From a bacterium (GTDB taxonomy: Bacteria > SAR324 > XYD2-FULL-50-16), in assembly GCA_032250835.1 (NCBI GenBank), contig JAVVEA010000022.1, forward strand, positions 1 through 48,823: 48,823 bases of DNA, written 5' to 3'. Of this stretch, positions 8,859-17,859 are shown piece after piece (the first letter of the stretch is position 1; every line of letters starts with the position of its first letter). The notes under the pieces were generated by a model that was not told the DNA's origin, ran no database searches, and saw only the letters and a list, made by a program, of their open reading frames with translations. The position numbers and the translations under genes are program-made.

Positions 8859-9140
8859 ATGATCCAAAGCTTCAAAAGCAAGGAAACGGAAAGGCTCTTT
8901 GACGGGCGGCCCGTCAAAGGTTTCGCGAAGGAGCTGCAAAAGAAGGCCCTGGTGCGGCTCATGTGGCTGCATCGGGCCACCTTGGTCGAAGACTTGCGAG
9001 TTCCTCCCTCCAACCGCTTGGAGGCGCTGTCGGGCGACTTAAAGGGGTTTCATTCCATTCGCGTCAACCGGCAGTTTCGCATCCTCTTTCGTTTTGAGGG
9101 CGGCCATGCTTACGACGTGGCCTTAACCGACTACCACTAA
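8859..9140 (+). CDS. higB: HigB-type (RelE/ParE superfamily) toxin
   Basis: MIQSFKSKETERLF...DLRVPPSNRLEAL.GD..G.HSIRVN.QFRI.FRF....AYDV..TDYH; start taken at ATG 8859. Confidence 0.92.
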   Translation: MIQSFKSKETERLFDGRPVKGFAKELQKKALVRLMWLHRATLVEDLRVPPSNRLEALSGDLKGFHSIRVNRQFRILFRFEGGHAYDVALTDYH

Positions 9141-9148
9141 AAGGGACC

Positions 9149-9439
9149 ATGACGGATTTTATCGAGCTGACGCATCCTGGAGAGCAGGTCAAGGAGATCC
9201 TGGAAGAGTTGCATCTGACGGTGTACCGGGCCGCCAAGCTGATGGGGATTCCCGCCCCCAGGCTGGATCGGATCACCAAGGGCAAGCGGTCGATCACTCC
9301 CGATAGTTCCATTCGTCTGGGGTTGCTGTTCGGCCAAAGCCCCGCCTTTTGGCACAACATCCAGGCCGACTACGACTTCCGCAAGGCCCGCCAAGAAATG
9401 GGCGAACTGCCCGATATCTCGCCGATCAAGACGGCATAG
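9149..9439 (+). CDS. higA: HigA-type HTH antitoxin
   Basis: HPGE..KE.LEEL.LT.Y..AK.MGI...R...I..GKRSIT.D..IRLG..FG.S..FW.N.Q..YD. Confidence 0.92.
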   Translation: MTDFIELTHPGEQVKEILEELHLTVYRAAKLMGIPAPRLDRITKGKRSITPDSSIRLGLLFGQSPAFWHNIQADYDFRKARQEMGELPDISPIKTA

Positions 9440-9456
9440 AATTACCCGAACTGAAT

Positions 9457-9485
9457 CCGCCGCCTGTTTTACGATAAGGCGGCGG
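9457..9485. terminator. GC hairpin after higA
   Basis: CCGCCGCCT-N11-AGGCGGCGG. Confidence 0.45.
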
Positions 9486-9503
9486 CGAAAACTGGGATTC
9501 TGT

Positions 9504-9528
9504 AATACGGTGACAGTTACCTAATTTT
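9504..9528 (+). repeat. boundary motif copy 6
   Basis: AATACGGTGACAGTTACCTAATTTT. Confidence 0.85.
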
Positions 9529-10220
9529 TGCAGCGTTCAGCCCCAAGACCTGCGGAGTAAGGGCCTTGGGTTCCCTTTTGCGAGCGGCTTAGAGCCCCTA
9601 GCCGCGCTAAGCAGCTTCGAAGCCGTCAGGCTGAGGGCTGCGTGGGTAGCAATGCGAGCCGGCGAGCATTGCCAAGCCAAAAGCCAAACTGTCTGAGCTT
9701 CGAGCGTTGGGGAGTCGGCTTCGCCGACGGCTTACATGAGCGACACTCGCCGGCTCGCGTCGCTACGCCCGCAGCCCTCACTTCGTTCGGTGCTGCTTGG
9801 CGAGAGAGGTGTAGGGGGTCTTGAGCGCGAAGGTGAGGGCTCGTTTCTTTGTTACATTTTAATTGGAAGTTGGCTTCGCCAACGGCCTAGGCTGCGCGAC
9901 ACTCGCCGGCTCGCGTCGTCACACACGTCGCCCTCGGCCTGCGGCCTCGAAGCTCCTTAGTGGGCCAAAGGCCCCTGGACCCCACTTAGTTTATAAACGG
10001 CGAGGCTAGCCTCCCAACCTAAATCTGGCCAAAACCCAGGACTTGCGGGATATGGGTCTTGGGTTCCCTTTTACGGGCGGTTTGGTGCCTCAGGGTACTC
10101 AGTAGGGCAGGTTTTAGGCGAGAAGCCCCCGCAAGAGCCGGAACAGGACAAAGCACTCTTGCGGGGAGGGGCGTGAGCCCCCTTGGGGACCCGGACCGGG
10201 GGACGGCCCGAGTAGAAAAC

Positions 10221-11051
10221 TTAAGCCTGCGCGGCTAGGATTTGGTCCATCTCGCCAGCCAACAGGCCCAGGTGTTTTTTCTCTTCGTCGGCCATTTCCA
10301 TGAAGAGCTTTTTAGAGTCATCCTTAGAGGCTTGCTCAGAGAGGCGGGTATAGAAGTCGAAGGCCTGGGCTTCGATGGCCATGGCCAAGCTAAAGACCTC
10401 TTCGTTAGAAGTCATGCGGGGCAGGACCTGCTGGGCCAACTCGTCGATCTTAAAGCCGCCTTCCATGATCCCTTGGTAATCAGCGGGGATTTCGGCAAAT
10501 TCGCCCTTTCCGCCCTTGGAGATCAGGTTTTCTTTGTGGTGGTCCTCGAAGCTGGCGAGGCGCTCTAGTAGGGTTTTGAACTCAGGCTTATCGACTTTTT
10601 CGGCCAACTTGTGGTAAAAGGCCTGTAGACCCGATTCCATGGCGTAAGACATAGCCAGCGCGTCGGGGTACTCGGCGTCGGCACCGATTAAGTTGAGGTT
10701 ATGGGCCACCGGACCCGCCGCCGAGAGGCCGACCCAGCTGCTATAGCCACCCTGGACGTCGTAAAGCTCAGTGAAACCCATTTGGGCCATATGTTGGGCG
10801 GCAGCAGCGCTGCGGCGGCCCGCATGGCAGTAGACGAGGGTCGGCTTGCTTTTGTCTAGGTCCACTTGGCTCGCGACCACTTGGTCTAGGGGGATCAAGA
10901 CCGAGCCGGGGATGTGGCCCTGTTCGTATTCGCCGGGCTGGCGCACGTCAACCAACTGATAAGATTCCGTTGGGTGGTTTCGGCAGTATTCACGGGCCTC
11001 AACAGGGCTGATCAATTTTACATTGTGGGTCATCACATCATTCCACTGCAT
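10221..11051 (-). CDS. rhodanese + rubrerythrin/ferritin-like fusion protein
   Basis: DVRQPGEYEQGHIPGS, active-site YCHAGRRS; C-terminal ExxH pairs (EDHH, EKKH); GAGG RBS favours ATG 11051. Confidence 0.88.
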   Translation of the reverse strand: MQWNDVMTHNVKLISPVEAREYCRNHPTESYQLVDVRQPGEYEQGHIPGSVLIPLDQVVASQVDLDKSKPTLVYCHAGRRSAAAAQHMAQMGFTELYDVQGGYSSWVGLSAAGPVAHNLNLIGADAEYPDALAMSYAMESGLQAFYHKLAEKVDKPEFKTLLERLASFEDHHKENLISKGGKGEFAEIPADYQGIMEGGFKIDELAQQVLPRMTSNEEVFSLAMAIEAQAFDFYTRLSEQASKDDSKKLFMEMADEEKKHLGLLAGEMDQILAAQA

Positions 11052-11139
11052 ATTCACCTCTAAATGGCGGTTAGATCATCGGTGCAACTGACTTAAAAAC
11101 CCGGCAAAACAATCGCTACGAGGTTCAAAAAAGAAGTAG

Positions 11140-11168
11140 TTGCAAATATACATATATTCATATATTAT
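11140..11168 (+). promoter_or_regulatory. sigma70 promoter with AATAT-N4-ATATT palindrome upstream of persulfide dioxygenase
   Basis: TTGCAA-N17-TATTAT; contains AAATAT-ACAT-ATATTCA-T-ATATTA. Confidence 0.55.
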
Positions 11169-11214
11169 CCATGTAAATTAATCAAGCCAAAGCATCACTT
11201 TTTTGGAGGAAGAC

Positions 11215-11937
11215 ATGGCTAAACCGTTAGAGTTCCGGCAATTGTTCGATGAAGAGACCAGTACCTTCACCTACCTTTTATTTGATGGCGCGACTAAAGA
11301 AGGAATTTTGATCGACTCTGTACTAGAGCAGGTGGACCGCGATGTTCAATTGCTCAAGGACCTTGGGGTCAAGCTGGTCTATACCTTAGATACCCACGTC
11401 CACGCCGACCACATCACCGGGGCGGGCAAGCTTCGTGAGCAGTTGGGCTGTAAGTTTGGGTTAGGTAAAGGTGCGGGGCTCGAATGCGCGGACCTATTGA
11501 TGGCCGACGGCGAGACCCTTGAGTTCTCGGGGCATCAAGTCAAGGCTTTGGCCACTCCCGGCCATACCGACGGCTGCACTAGCTTTTTGATCGACGACAT
11601 GGTCTTCACCGGCGATGCGCTGTTTATCCGCGGTTGCGGCCGCACCGACTTCCAGCAAGGCAGCCCCGAAAGGCTTTGGGACAGCGTCAAAAACCAACTC
11701 TTCACCCTGCCCGATGCCACCAAGGTCTACCCTGGACATGACTATAAAGGCATGACCATGACCACCGTGGCCGAAGAAAAGGCGCTGAATCCGCGCTTAG
11801 GCGGCACCAAGACCAAAGAAGAGTTTGTCCAAATCATGAACAATCTCAACCTGCCCTACCCCAAGAAACTGGACGCTTCGCTCCCGGCGAACCTGGCCTG
11901 CGGGATGGTACTCAAGGAAGCAGCGGCTAGCGCATAA
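11215..11937 (+). CDS. persulfide (sulfur) dioxygenase, ETHE1-type metallo-beta-lactamase fold
   Basis: FRQLFD..TST.TYLL, THVHADHITG, TPGHT, GDALFIRGCGRTDFQ, PGHDY, C-terminal NLACG; GGAGGA RBS. Confidence 0.92.
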   Translation: MAKPLEFRQLFDEETSTFTYLLFDGATKEGILIDSVLEQVDRDVQLLKDLGVKLVYTLDTHVHADHITGAGKLREQLGCKFGLGKGAGLECADLLMADGETLEFSGHQVKALATPGHTDGCTSFLIDDMVFTGDALFIRGCGRTDFQQGSPERLWDSVKNQLFTLPDATKVYPGHDYKGMTMTTVAEEKALNPRLGGTKTKEEFVQIMNNLNLPYPKKLDASLPANLACGMVLKEAAASA

Positions 11938-11970
11938 GTCGCCCTTGATGGACCCGAATATTTAAGGCAT

Positions 11971-12008
11971 AAAAAAGGCTTCAGGGCATTGCTCTGAAGC
12001 CTTTTTTT
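11971..12008. terminator. bidirectional rho-independent terminator
   Basis: AAAAAAGGCTTCAGGGC-ATT-GCTCTGAAGCCTTTTTTT between convergent genes. Confidence 0.9.
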
Positions 12009-12036
12009 GTTTGCCCTCCCCTTTCTCCATGCCGCC

Positions 12037-12534
12037 TTAGGGGGTCTGTTCGACCACCTTATATCGGGTATGGCAATCAGAACAGTTTTTTAAGATAGCC
12101 ACCAGGCCGCGCTGGATTTGCGGAGCCTCCGCTCCCGCACGGGCCTGTTCGGCTAGGTCGTCAAACTGGCCGTGGACCACAAAGCCCGCCTTTTTGAAGT
12201 CCACCGGTAGCTGCAACATCACCCTGGACGGAATGTTGGCCAAAGCCGCACCGCCCGCTTTGCTGGCGATCTCGGCCACTTGGTCGGTTTTGCCTTCGGC
12301 CAGGGCAAGGTTCAGTTCCGTAACCCGGCCAAAGAAGTTGGTCATCCCTTGGTGTACAATCGCGCGGTCTTCGGGCTTGAGGCCCAAGGCGATCCGGTCA
12401 TCGGTGGAGTCCACCGGGTTTCCGCGGAACATCATCACCGCGAAGACCACCACCGTAAGGGCCCAAAGGCCTAAAGCCAGGAGAGTTAATTTGTTTGCTT
12501 TCATGGGTAAAGTTGGAGGGTTGATTAACGCCAA
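12037..12534 (-). CDS. membrane-anchored monoheme cytochrome c (class II / c'-like)
   Basis: N-terminal TM helix, helical body, single C-terminal CSDCH; start may be ATG 12504. Confidence 0.75.
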   Translation of the reverse strand: MALINPPTLPMKANKLTLLALGLWALTVVVFAVMMFRGNPVDSTDDRIALGLKPEDRAIVHQGMTNFFGRVTELNLALAEGKTDQVAEIASKAGGAALANIPSRVMLQLPVDFKKAGFVVHGQFDDLAEQARAGAEAPQIQRGLVAILKNCSDCHTRYKVVEQTP

Positions 12535-12611
12535 ATTCCTTTAAGCCATCAGCAGGCTGGCTTAGATGGGCTCTTGCTATGGCTTGGGAGGAATAAAAAA
12601 TTAAAAATTAC

Positions 12612-12641
12612 TTGTTAAATATGGCGATATTCAGATATTAA
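12612..12641 (+). promoter_or_regulatory. candidate rnf promoter/operator
   Basis: AAATAT-GGCG-ATATTCA-G-ATATTA, near-identical to the box at 11144-11167. Confidence 0.45.
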
Positions 12642-12699
12642 AGCACCAAAACCTTACCCCTGACAAGCCCTTAAAAACGCTTTCAACTAGAGGAACGCT

Positions 12700-14022
12700 T
12701 TGAAACTATTTACCTTCAAAAAAGGCGTCCATCCCAATCCAGAGAAGAAATTCACCTGTGCCAAGGTGGTGGAAACTCTGCCCTTGCCTAAGGAGGTGTT
12801 CATCCCCCTCCAGCAGCATATCGGCAAGCCCGCCAAGGCTGTCGTCAAGAAGAAGGATCTGGTCAAGACCGGACAACTGATCGGCGAGGCCCAAGGCAAA
12901 TTTTCCGCAAACATTCATTCTAGCGTGACCGGCGTAGTCAAGAACGTGGGCCTCTTCCAACACCCGATGGGATCTCGCGTAGAGATGGTGCATATCGTCA
13001 CCAGCGGTGAGGATGATTGGGACCTGTTGCCCCGACCGGCGGACTGGAAAAGCGCCAGCGCCGAAGAGTTGAATGAAGTGGTCTTTAAGGCCGGTATTGT
13101 GGGCCTCGGGGGTGCGGTCTTCCCGACCCACATCAAGCTAGACCCCCCAAAAGAAAAAAAGCTCGACGCCTTCATCCTTAACGGCTGCGAATGCGAACCT
13201 TACCTTACCTGTGACCACCGGATGATGGTGGATTTTGCCGACCGGGTTTTGGACGGGATGGCCATCGTGATGCGTATCCTCAACTTAACCAACGGATATA
13301 TCGGGATCGAAGACAACAAACCCGATGCCATCGAAAGGATGCGCCAAAAAGTGGCCGAGCGTGGGGAACCCTGGAAAGTGGTGGCGCTCAAAACCAAATA
13401 CCCCCAAGGGGCTGAAAAAATGCTGATCAGCGCTGTCTTGAAGCGGCAGGTGCCCGAAGGGGGCCTGCCAGCGGACGTTGGCGTGATCGTTAATAACGTA
13501 GGGACGGCCATGGCCATTGCCGACGCGGTGATCGATGGTAAGCCGCTGACCGAACGGGTGGTTACCGTCACCGGCGACGGCGTGGTGGAGCCGAAAAACG
13601 TGATGGCTCGGGTCGGCGATACCTTCGCTAGCGCTTTAGAGTTCTGCGGCGGGCTCAAGAACGAAACGATCCAGGTCTATATGGGCGGCCCCATGATGGG
13701 CATGAGCCAGTTCCATATGGAGGTGCCGATGGTCAAGGGGACCAGCGGCATTGTGGCGGTCACCAAGGTGGCCGAAAAGCGCAACAAGACCTATGCCTGC
13801 ATCAAATGCAACGCCTGTGTTTCCGCCTGCCCGGTTCATCTATTGCCCAACCGGCTCAGCCGCCTGACTGAAAAGGGGCAACCCGAAGAGGCCCACAAGC
13901 GGGGGCTGATGAACTGCATCGAGTGCGGTTCCTGCGTTTTCGTCTGCCCCAGTTCGATCCCTCTGTTGCAATGGATTCGGATCGGTAAATTTAAAATAAA
14001 CCGCCTTCCTAAGGGAGCCTGA
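12700..14022 (+). CDS. rnfC: Rnf complex subunit C
   Basis: GVHP, PLQQHIG.PA, GIVGLGGA.FPTH.K, NGCECEPYLTCD, YPQGAEK, GGPMMG, two CxxCxxCxxxCP. Confidence 0.96.
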   Translation: MKLFTFKKGVHPNPEKKFTCAKVVETLPLPKEVFIPLQQHIGKPAKAVVKKKDLVKTGQLIGEAQGKFSANIHSSVTGVVKNVGLFQHPMGSRVEMVHIVTSGEDDWDLLPRPADWKSASAEELNEVVFKAGIVGLGGAVFPTHIKLDPPKEKKLDAFILNGCECEPYLTCDHRMMVDFADRVLDGMAIVMRILNLTNGYIGIEDNKPDAIERMRQKVAERGEPWKVVALKTKYPQGAEKMLISAVLKRQVPEGGLPADVGVIVNNVGTAMAIADAVIDGKPLTERVVTVTGDGVVEPKNVMARVGDTFASALEFCGGLKNETIQVYMGGPMMGMSQFHMEVPMVKGTSGIVAVTKVAEKRNKTYACIKCNACVSACPVHLLPNRLSRLTEKGQPEEAHKRGLMNCIECGSCVFVCPSSIPLLQWIRIGKFKINRLPKGA

Positions 14023-15065
14023 TGAGCGAAGAGACCCAGGTGCCTGAGGCGGCACCCGAAGAACCCAGTAAAAAGAAGCGAGACCCCAGGGAAAAGCTTT
14101 TTCAGGCCGATCTTCCCTTGGTACTGACCGCTTCGCCCCATGATTATAACGTGACCACCACGCCCCAGATCATGTGGAGTGTGGTTGCGGCCTTGGCCCC
14201 GACGGTCGGGGTGGGCGTCTATCTATTTGGCCTGCAGGCCCTGGCTTTGATTCTGGTTTGTGTGGTTGCTGCCTTGGCGACCGAGGCGGGTATCAACCGC
14301 CTTAAAGGCGAAGCCTTTACCTTGGGCGACGGCAGCGCCGCCCTGACCGGTCTGCTCTTGGCGCTGACCTTGCCTCCGGGGCTTTCGTTGTTTTCCGGCG
14401 CTTTGGGCTCCATTTTTGCCATCGCCGTAGGCAAGCAGATCTTCGGCGGCTTGGGCTACAACATCTTCAATCCCGCCCTCTTGGGCCGTGCCTTCTTGCA
14501 GGCCAGCTTCCCGGTGGCTATGACCAGCTGGATCTATCCGGGCACCGCCAAGTTCGCCGCCATCGACGCGGTCAGTGCGGCGACCCCGCTGGGCCTGTTT
14601 AAGTTCGAACAAAAAGCCACCCCCTATTTGGACCTAATCATCGGCAACATCGGCGGCTCCATTGGGGAGACCTCGGCGTTGGCCGTATTGGTCGGCGGGT
14701 TGTATCTGGTTTATAAAAAATACGCCGACTGGCGCGTGGTTACGGGATTTTTGGGCTCTACCTTGGTGGTCGGGGCGTTGGTTTACCTGCTCGACCCCAC
14801 GGCCTACCCCACCCCGATCCACCATATCTTGGCGGGCGGTGCGCTGTTCGGGGCCTTTTTTATGGCCACCGACATGGTCACCAGCCCGGTCAACCCGATT
14901 GGGTCTTGGATCTTTGGGATCGGCTGCGGCTTTTTGCTGGTGATTATCCGGGTCTTCGGCGGCCTGCCCGAAGGGGTGATGTATTCGATCTTGTTGATGA
15001 ACGGCGTAACGCCGCTGATCAACCGCTACACCCGGCCCAAATACTTCGGGGAGGCGAGCGCATGA
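14022..15065 (+). CDS. rnfD: Rnf complex subunit D
   Basis: SPH, GKQIFGGLGYNIFNPALLGR, DAVSAATPL (FMN site), GGSIGETS, FMATD.VTSP. Confidence 0.96.
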   Translation: MSEETQVPEAAPEEPSKKKRDPREKLFQADLPLVLTASPHDYNVTTTPQIMWSVVAALAPTVGVGVYLFGLQALALILVCVVAALATEAGINRLKGEAFTLGDGSAALTGLLLALTLPPGLSLFSGALGSIFAIAVGKQIFGGLGYNIFNPALLGRAFLQASFPVAMTSWIYPGTAKFAAIDAVSAATPLGLFKFEQKATPYLDLIIGNIGGSIGETSALAVLVGGLYLVYKKYADWRVVTGFLGSTLVVGALVYLLDPTAYPTPIHHILAGGALFGAFFMATDMVTSPVNPIGSWIFGIGCGFLLVIIRVFGGLPEGVMYSILLMNGVTPLINRYTRPKYFGEASA

Positions 15066-15757
15066 AATCGGTAAAGATCGTTTTAGTGCTCACCCTGATT
15101 GCCGTATTCTCCGGCGGGCTTTTGGCCCTTTGGGACAGCCACACTTCCCCGTTGATCGAGGCGAACATGCTGGCGGAGTTAGAAAAGGGCATCGCCAAGG
15201 TCTTACCGGAGCACGACCGTTACCAGAAGTTTGAACCGGAAGGCCTGACCTGTTATGTGGGCTATAAGGATAACCAGCCCGTTGGCGTAGCCTTCGAGAC
15301 TTCGGGGCCGGGCTTTCAGGGCAAAGTTTCGGTGATGGTGGGGCTCAAACCGGATTTTAAGGAGATGACCGGAATCGAGGTGATCTCCCAGATCGAAACG
15401 CCGGGTTTAGGCACCAAGATCGTTGACGACCCTAGCAATAAACAAGACAGCAAGTGGTTCCCTAAGCAGTATAAGGGCCTCTTTACGGACCAGCCCTTAG
15501 AGGTAGTCAAAAACCAAAAGGCCCAGGGGAATTATCAGGTTGAGGCCATTACTGGGGCCACCATCAGCTCCAAGGCCGTCTCGCGCATCATCAGCTTAGG
15601 CGTGGCGGCGGCTCGCCCCCAGTGGGAAAAAATAGCAGCGCTGGCTTTACATCCTCCGGCCCCAGAGCCCGCCGCTGCACCGACCGAACCGATGCCGCCA
15701 GCAAAGCCAAAGGAGGCGCACCTAAGCGAACCCGAAGCAGCAACCCATTCAGAGTAA
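15062..15757 (+). CDS. rnfG: Rnf complex subunit G
   Basis: ATG 15062 overlapping rnfD stop; N-terminal TM, ETPGLG, AITGATISS FMN-binding motif; Pro/Ala-rich tail. Confidence 0.93.
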   Translation: MKSVKIVLVLTLIAVFSGGLLALWDSHTSPLIEANMLAELEKGIAKVLPEHDRYQKFEPEGLTCYVGYKDNQPVGVAFETSGPGFQGKVSVMVGLKPDFKEMTGIEVISQIETPGLGTKIVDDPSNKQDSKWFPKQYKGLFTDQPLEVVKNQKAQGNYQVEAITGATISSKAVSRIISLGVAAARPQWEKIAALALHPPAPEPAAAPTEPMPPAKPKEAHLSEPEAATHSE

Positions 15758-15763
15758 CGAAAA

Positions 15764-16372
15764 ATGGCCAAAAAACCGAACCCTATAGGCTATGAATTCG
15801 CCAAGGGGCTGTGGAATGAAAACCCGGTGCTCGCTTCTTTGCTGGGCCTTTGCCCCGTTTTGGCGGTAACCAACTCCGCCGAAAACGGGCTGGCTATGGG
15901 CTTGGCTACGGCTTTTGTGTTGATCAATTCCAGCCTGATGGTTTCGGCTTTGCGCAAAGTGATCCCTAAACAGGTCCGCATTGCCGGGTATATTGTGATT
16001 ATCGCCAGCTTCGTGACGTTGGCGGACCGCTTTTTGGCGGCCTACTTCTTAGAGATCAGCAAATCCCTGGGGCCTTATATTCCCTTGATCGTGGTCAACT
16101 GCTTGATCTTAGGCCGCCAAGAGGCCTTTGCCAGCAAAAACGGGATCGGGCGGGCCTTGACCGATGCGTTGGGGATGAGCGTGGGCTTCACGGCGGTTTT
16201 GATTGTCTTAGGCGGAATCCGCGAAATCTTTGGTTCCGGTTCCTTTTTTGGTCTGGTCCTTCTGGGCGATTGGTTTGAGCCTTGGATGGTGATGATCTTG
16301 CCGCCGGGGGCCTTCTTTACCTTAGGGCTGATGATCGCTGCGGCGAACCGCTACAACCAAGGGAGGGCTTGA
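15764..16372 (+). CDS. rnfE: Rnf complex subunit E
   Basis: ENPVL..LLGLCP.LAVT, IPLIVVNC.ILGR.E.FA, PPGAF. Confidence 0.96.
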   Translation: MAKKPNPIGYEFAKGLWNENPVLASLLGLCPVLAVTNSAENGLAMGLATAFVLINSSLMVSALRKVIPKQVRIAGYIVIIASFVTLADRFLAAYFLEISKSLGPYIPLIVVNCLILGRQEAFASKNGIGRALTDALGMSVGFTAVLIVLGGIREIFGSGSFFGLVLLGDWFEPWMVMILPPGAFFTLGLMIAAANRYNQGRA

Positions 16373-16950
16373 TGGAGCTGATCTTACTGTTTATTTCGGC
16401 GGCGATCGTCAATAACTTCGTACTCAGCTACTTTCTGGGCATCTGCCCCTTTGTGGGCGTTTCGAAGAAAATCGACGCTTCGGTTTCTATGGGCATTGCG
16501 GTGACCTTTGTGATGACCATCACCGCCGTGACCACTTGGTTGATCTACCATCTAATCTTGGTACCCTTCCATTTGGAAATCTTGGAGTACGTTTCTTTTA
16601 TTTTGGTGATCGCCTCTTTGGTCCAATTGGTGGAAATGTTCATCCGCAAGATGAGCAAGCCCCTTTATGATGCTTTGGGCGTCTATCTGCCCTTGATCAC
16701 CACCAACTGCGCCATCTTAGGTTTGGCGCTCTTTGCGGTGCTGCGCGAATATAACTTCATGCAAAGCTTGGTCTTTAGTCTCGGGGCCGGGGCGGGCTTT
16801 ACGCTGGCGATGGTCTTGATGGCGGGCATCCGTGAAGAACTAGAACTTTCCGAGGTGCCCCGCCCCTTTCAGGGCGCGGGCATCACCTTTATTGTCGCTG
16901 GTTGTCTGGCGCTGGCCTTTATGGGCTTTGCCGGTTTGATTACAGCTTAA
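16372..16950 (+). CDS. rnfA: Rnf complex subunit A
   Basis: ATG 16372; NNFVL..FLGICPF.GVS, YLPLITTNCAILG, AGIRE, AFMGF. Confidence 0.96.
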   Translation: MELILLFISAAIVNNFVLSYFLGICPFVGVSKKIDASVSMGIAVTFVMTITAVTTWLIYHLILVPFHLEILEYVSFILVIASLVQLVEMFIRKMSKPLYDALGVYLPLITTNCAILGLALFAVLREYNFMQSLVFSLGAGAGFTLAMVLMAGIREELELSEVPRPFQGAGITFIVAGCLALAFMGFAGLITA

Positions 16951-16959
16951 GGAGTCCTG

Positions 16960-17859
16960 ATGGATATGCAATCGTTGGTGGTGGCTATGGGGGCCATGGG
17001 CGGTATGGGTGCGCTCTTTTCGGCGGGCTTGGCCTTGGCGGATAAAAAACTGCACGTCGAAGAGGACCCCCGCATTGAGCTGCTGGTCGATGCGCTGCCC
17101 GGTGCGAACTGCGGCGGCTGTGGGGTGCCGGGCTGCGGGGCCTTTGCGGAAGCCTTGGTCAACGGCAAGGCCTTGGTGAATGGGTGCCCGGTCAACAATG
17201 CCGACGGTGTCGCCGAACTGGCCGAGATTATGGGCGTCGAGGCCACCGCCGGGGTGCGCCAGGTTGCTCGGGTGCTCTGCGCCGGTGGGGACGCCGAAGT
17301 GGCCACGCGGGGTGAATATTTGGGGGTAAAGACCTGCTTGGCCGCGCACATGAACCACGGCGGCGAAAAGCTTTGTGAGTATGGCTGCATGGGCCATGCC
17401 GACTGTGTGGCGGTCTGCCCTTTCGACGCCATCCACATGAACGACAACGGACTACCGGTGGTCAGTGACGACAAATGTACGGGCTGTAACAACTGCGTGA
17501 TCGCCTGTCCCCGAGACATCATCGAGCTGGTGCCGGAGAACAAAAACCTATTCATCTTCTGCAAATCCAAAGACGAGGCCAAGCATGCCCGCTCGGTTTG
17601 TACCGTTTCTTGTGTCGGCTGCGCCGCCTGCGCCAAGGGTGCGGGGGGCGACTTGATCTGTATGGATGGCTATTTGCCCAGGATCGACTACAGCCAATAC
17701 GGCGAGGTGGATATTTTGCCCACCGAAAAATGCCCCAACAACAGCTTGCGGATCTATGGCCAGCATTCCACGCCGACGATCAACGGCTTGGGCCCCAAGC
17801 GTAGCCTGCCCGTAGAGGCCCCGGTGGCCGAAGATGCCACCGAAACCAGCGAGGCCTAA
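16960..17859 (+). CDS. rnfB: Rnf complex subunit B
   Basis: VEEDPR, LPGANCGGCG.PGC, multiple ferredoxin Cys motifs. Confidence 0.95.
   Translation: MDMQSLVVAMGAMGGMGALFSAGLALADKKLHVEEDPRIELLVDALPGANCGGCGVPGCGAFAEALVNGKALVNGCPVNNADGVAELAEIMGVEATAGVRQVARVLCAGGDAEVATRGEYLGVKTCLAAHMNHGGEKLCEYGCMGHADCVAVCPFDAIHMNDNGLPVVSDDKCTGCNNCVIACPRDIIELVPENKNLFIFCKSKDEAKHARSVCTVSCVGCAACAKGAGGDLICMDGYLPRIDYSQYGEVDILPTEKCPNNSLRIYGQHSTPTINGLGPKRSLPVEAPVAEDATETSEA

Noticed and set aside
5298-9528. Integron (attC array) or CRISPR interpretation of the repeated motif
   Set aside because: No RYYYAAC...GTTRRRY ends or intI; spacing is irregular (tens to ~1700 nt) with mixed orientation; no cas genes
12541-12699. 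sigma54 promoter for rnf
   Set aside because: No GG-N10-GC with consensus context found
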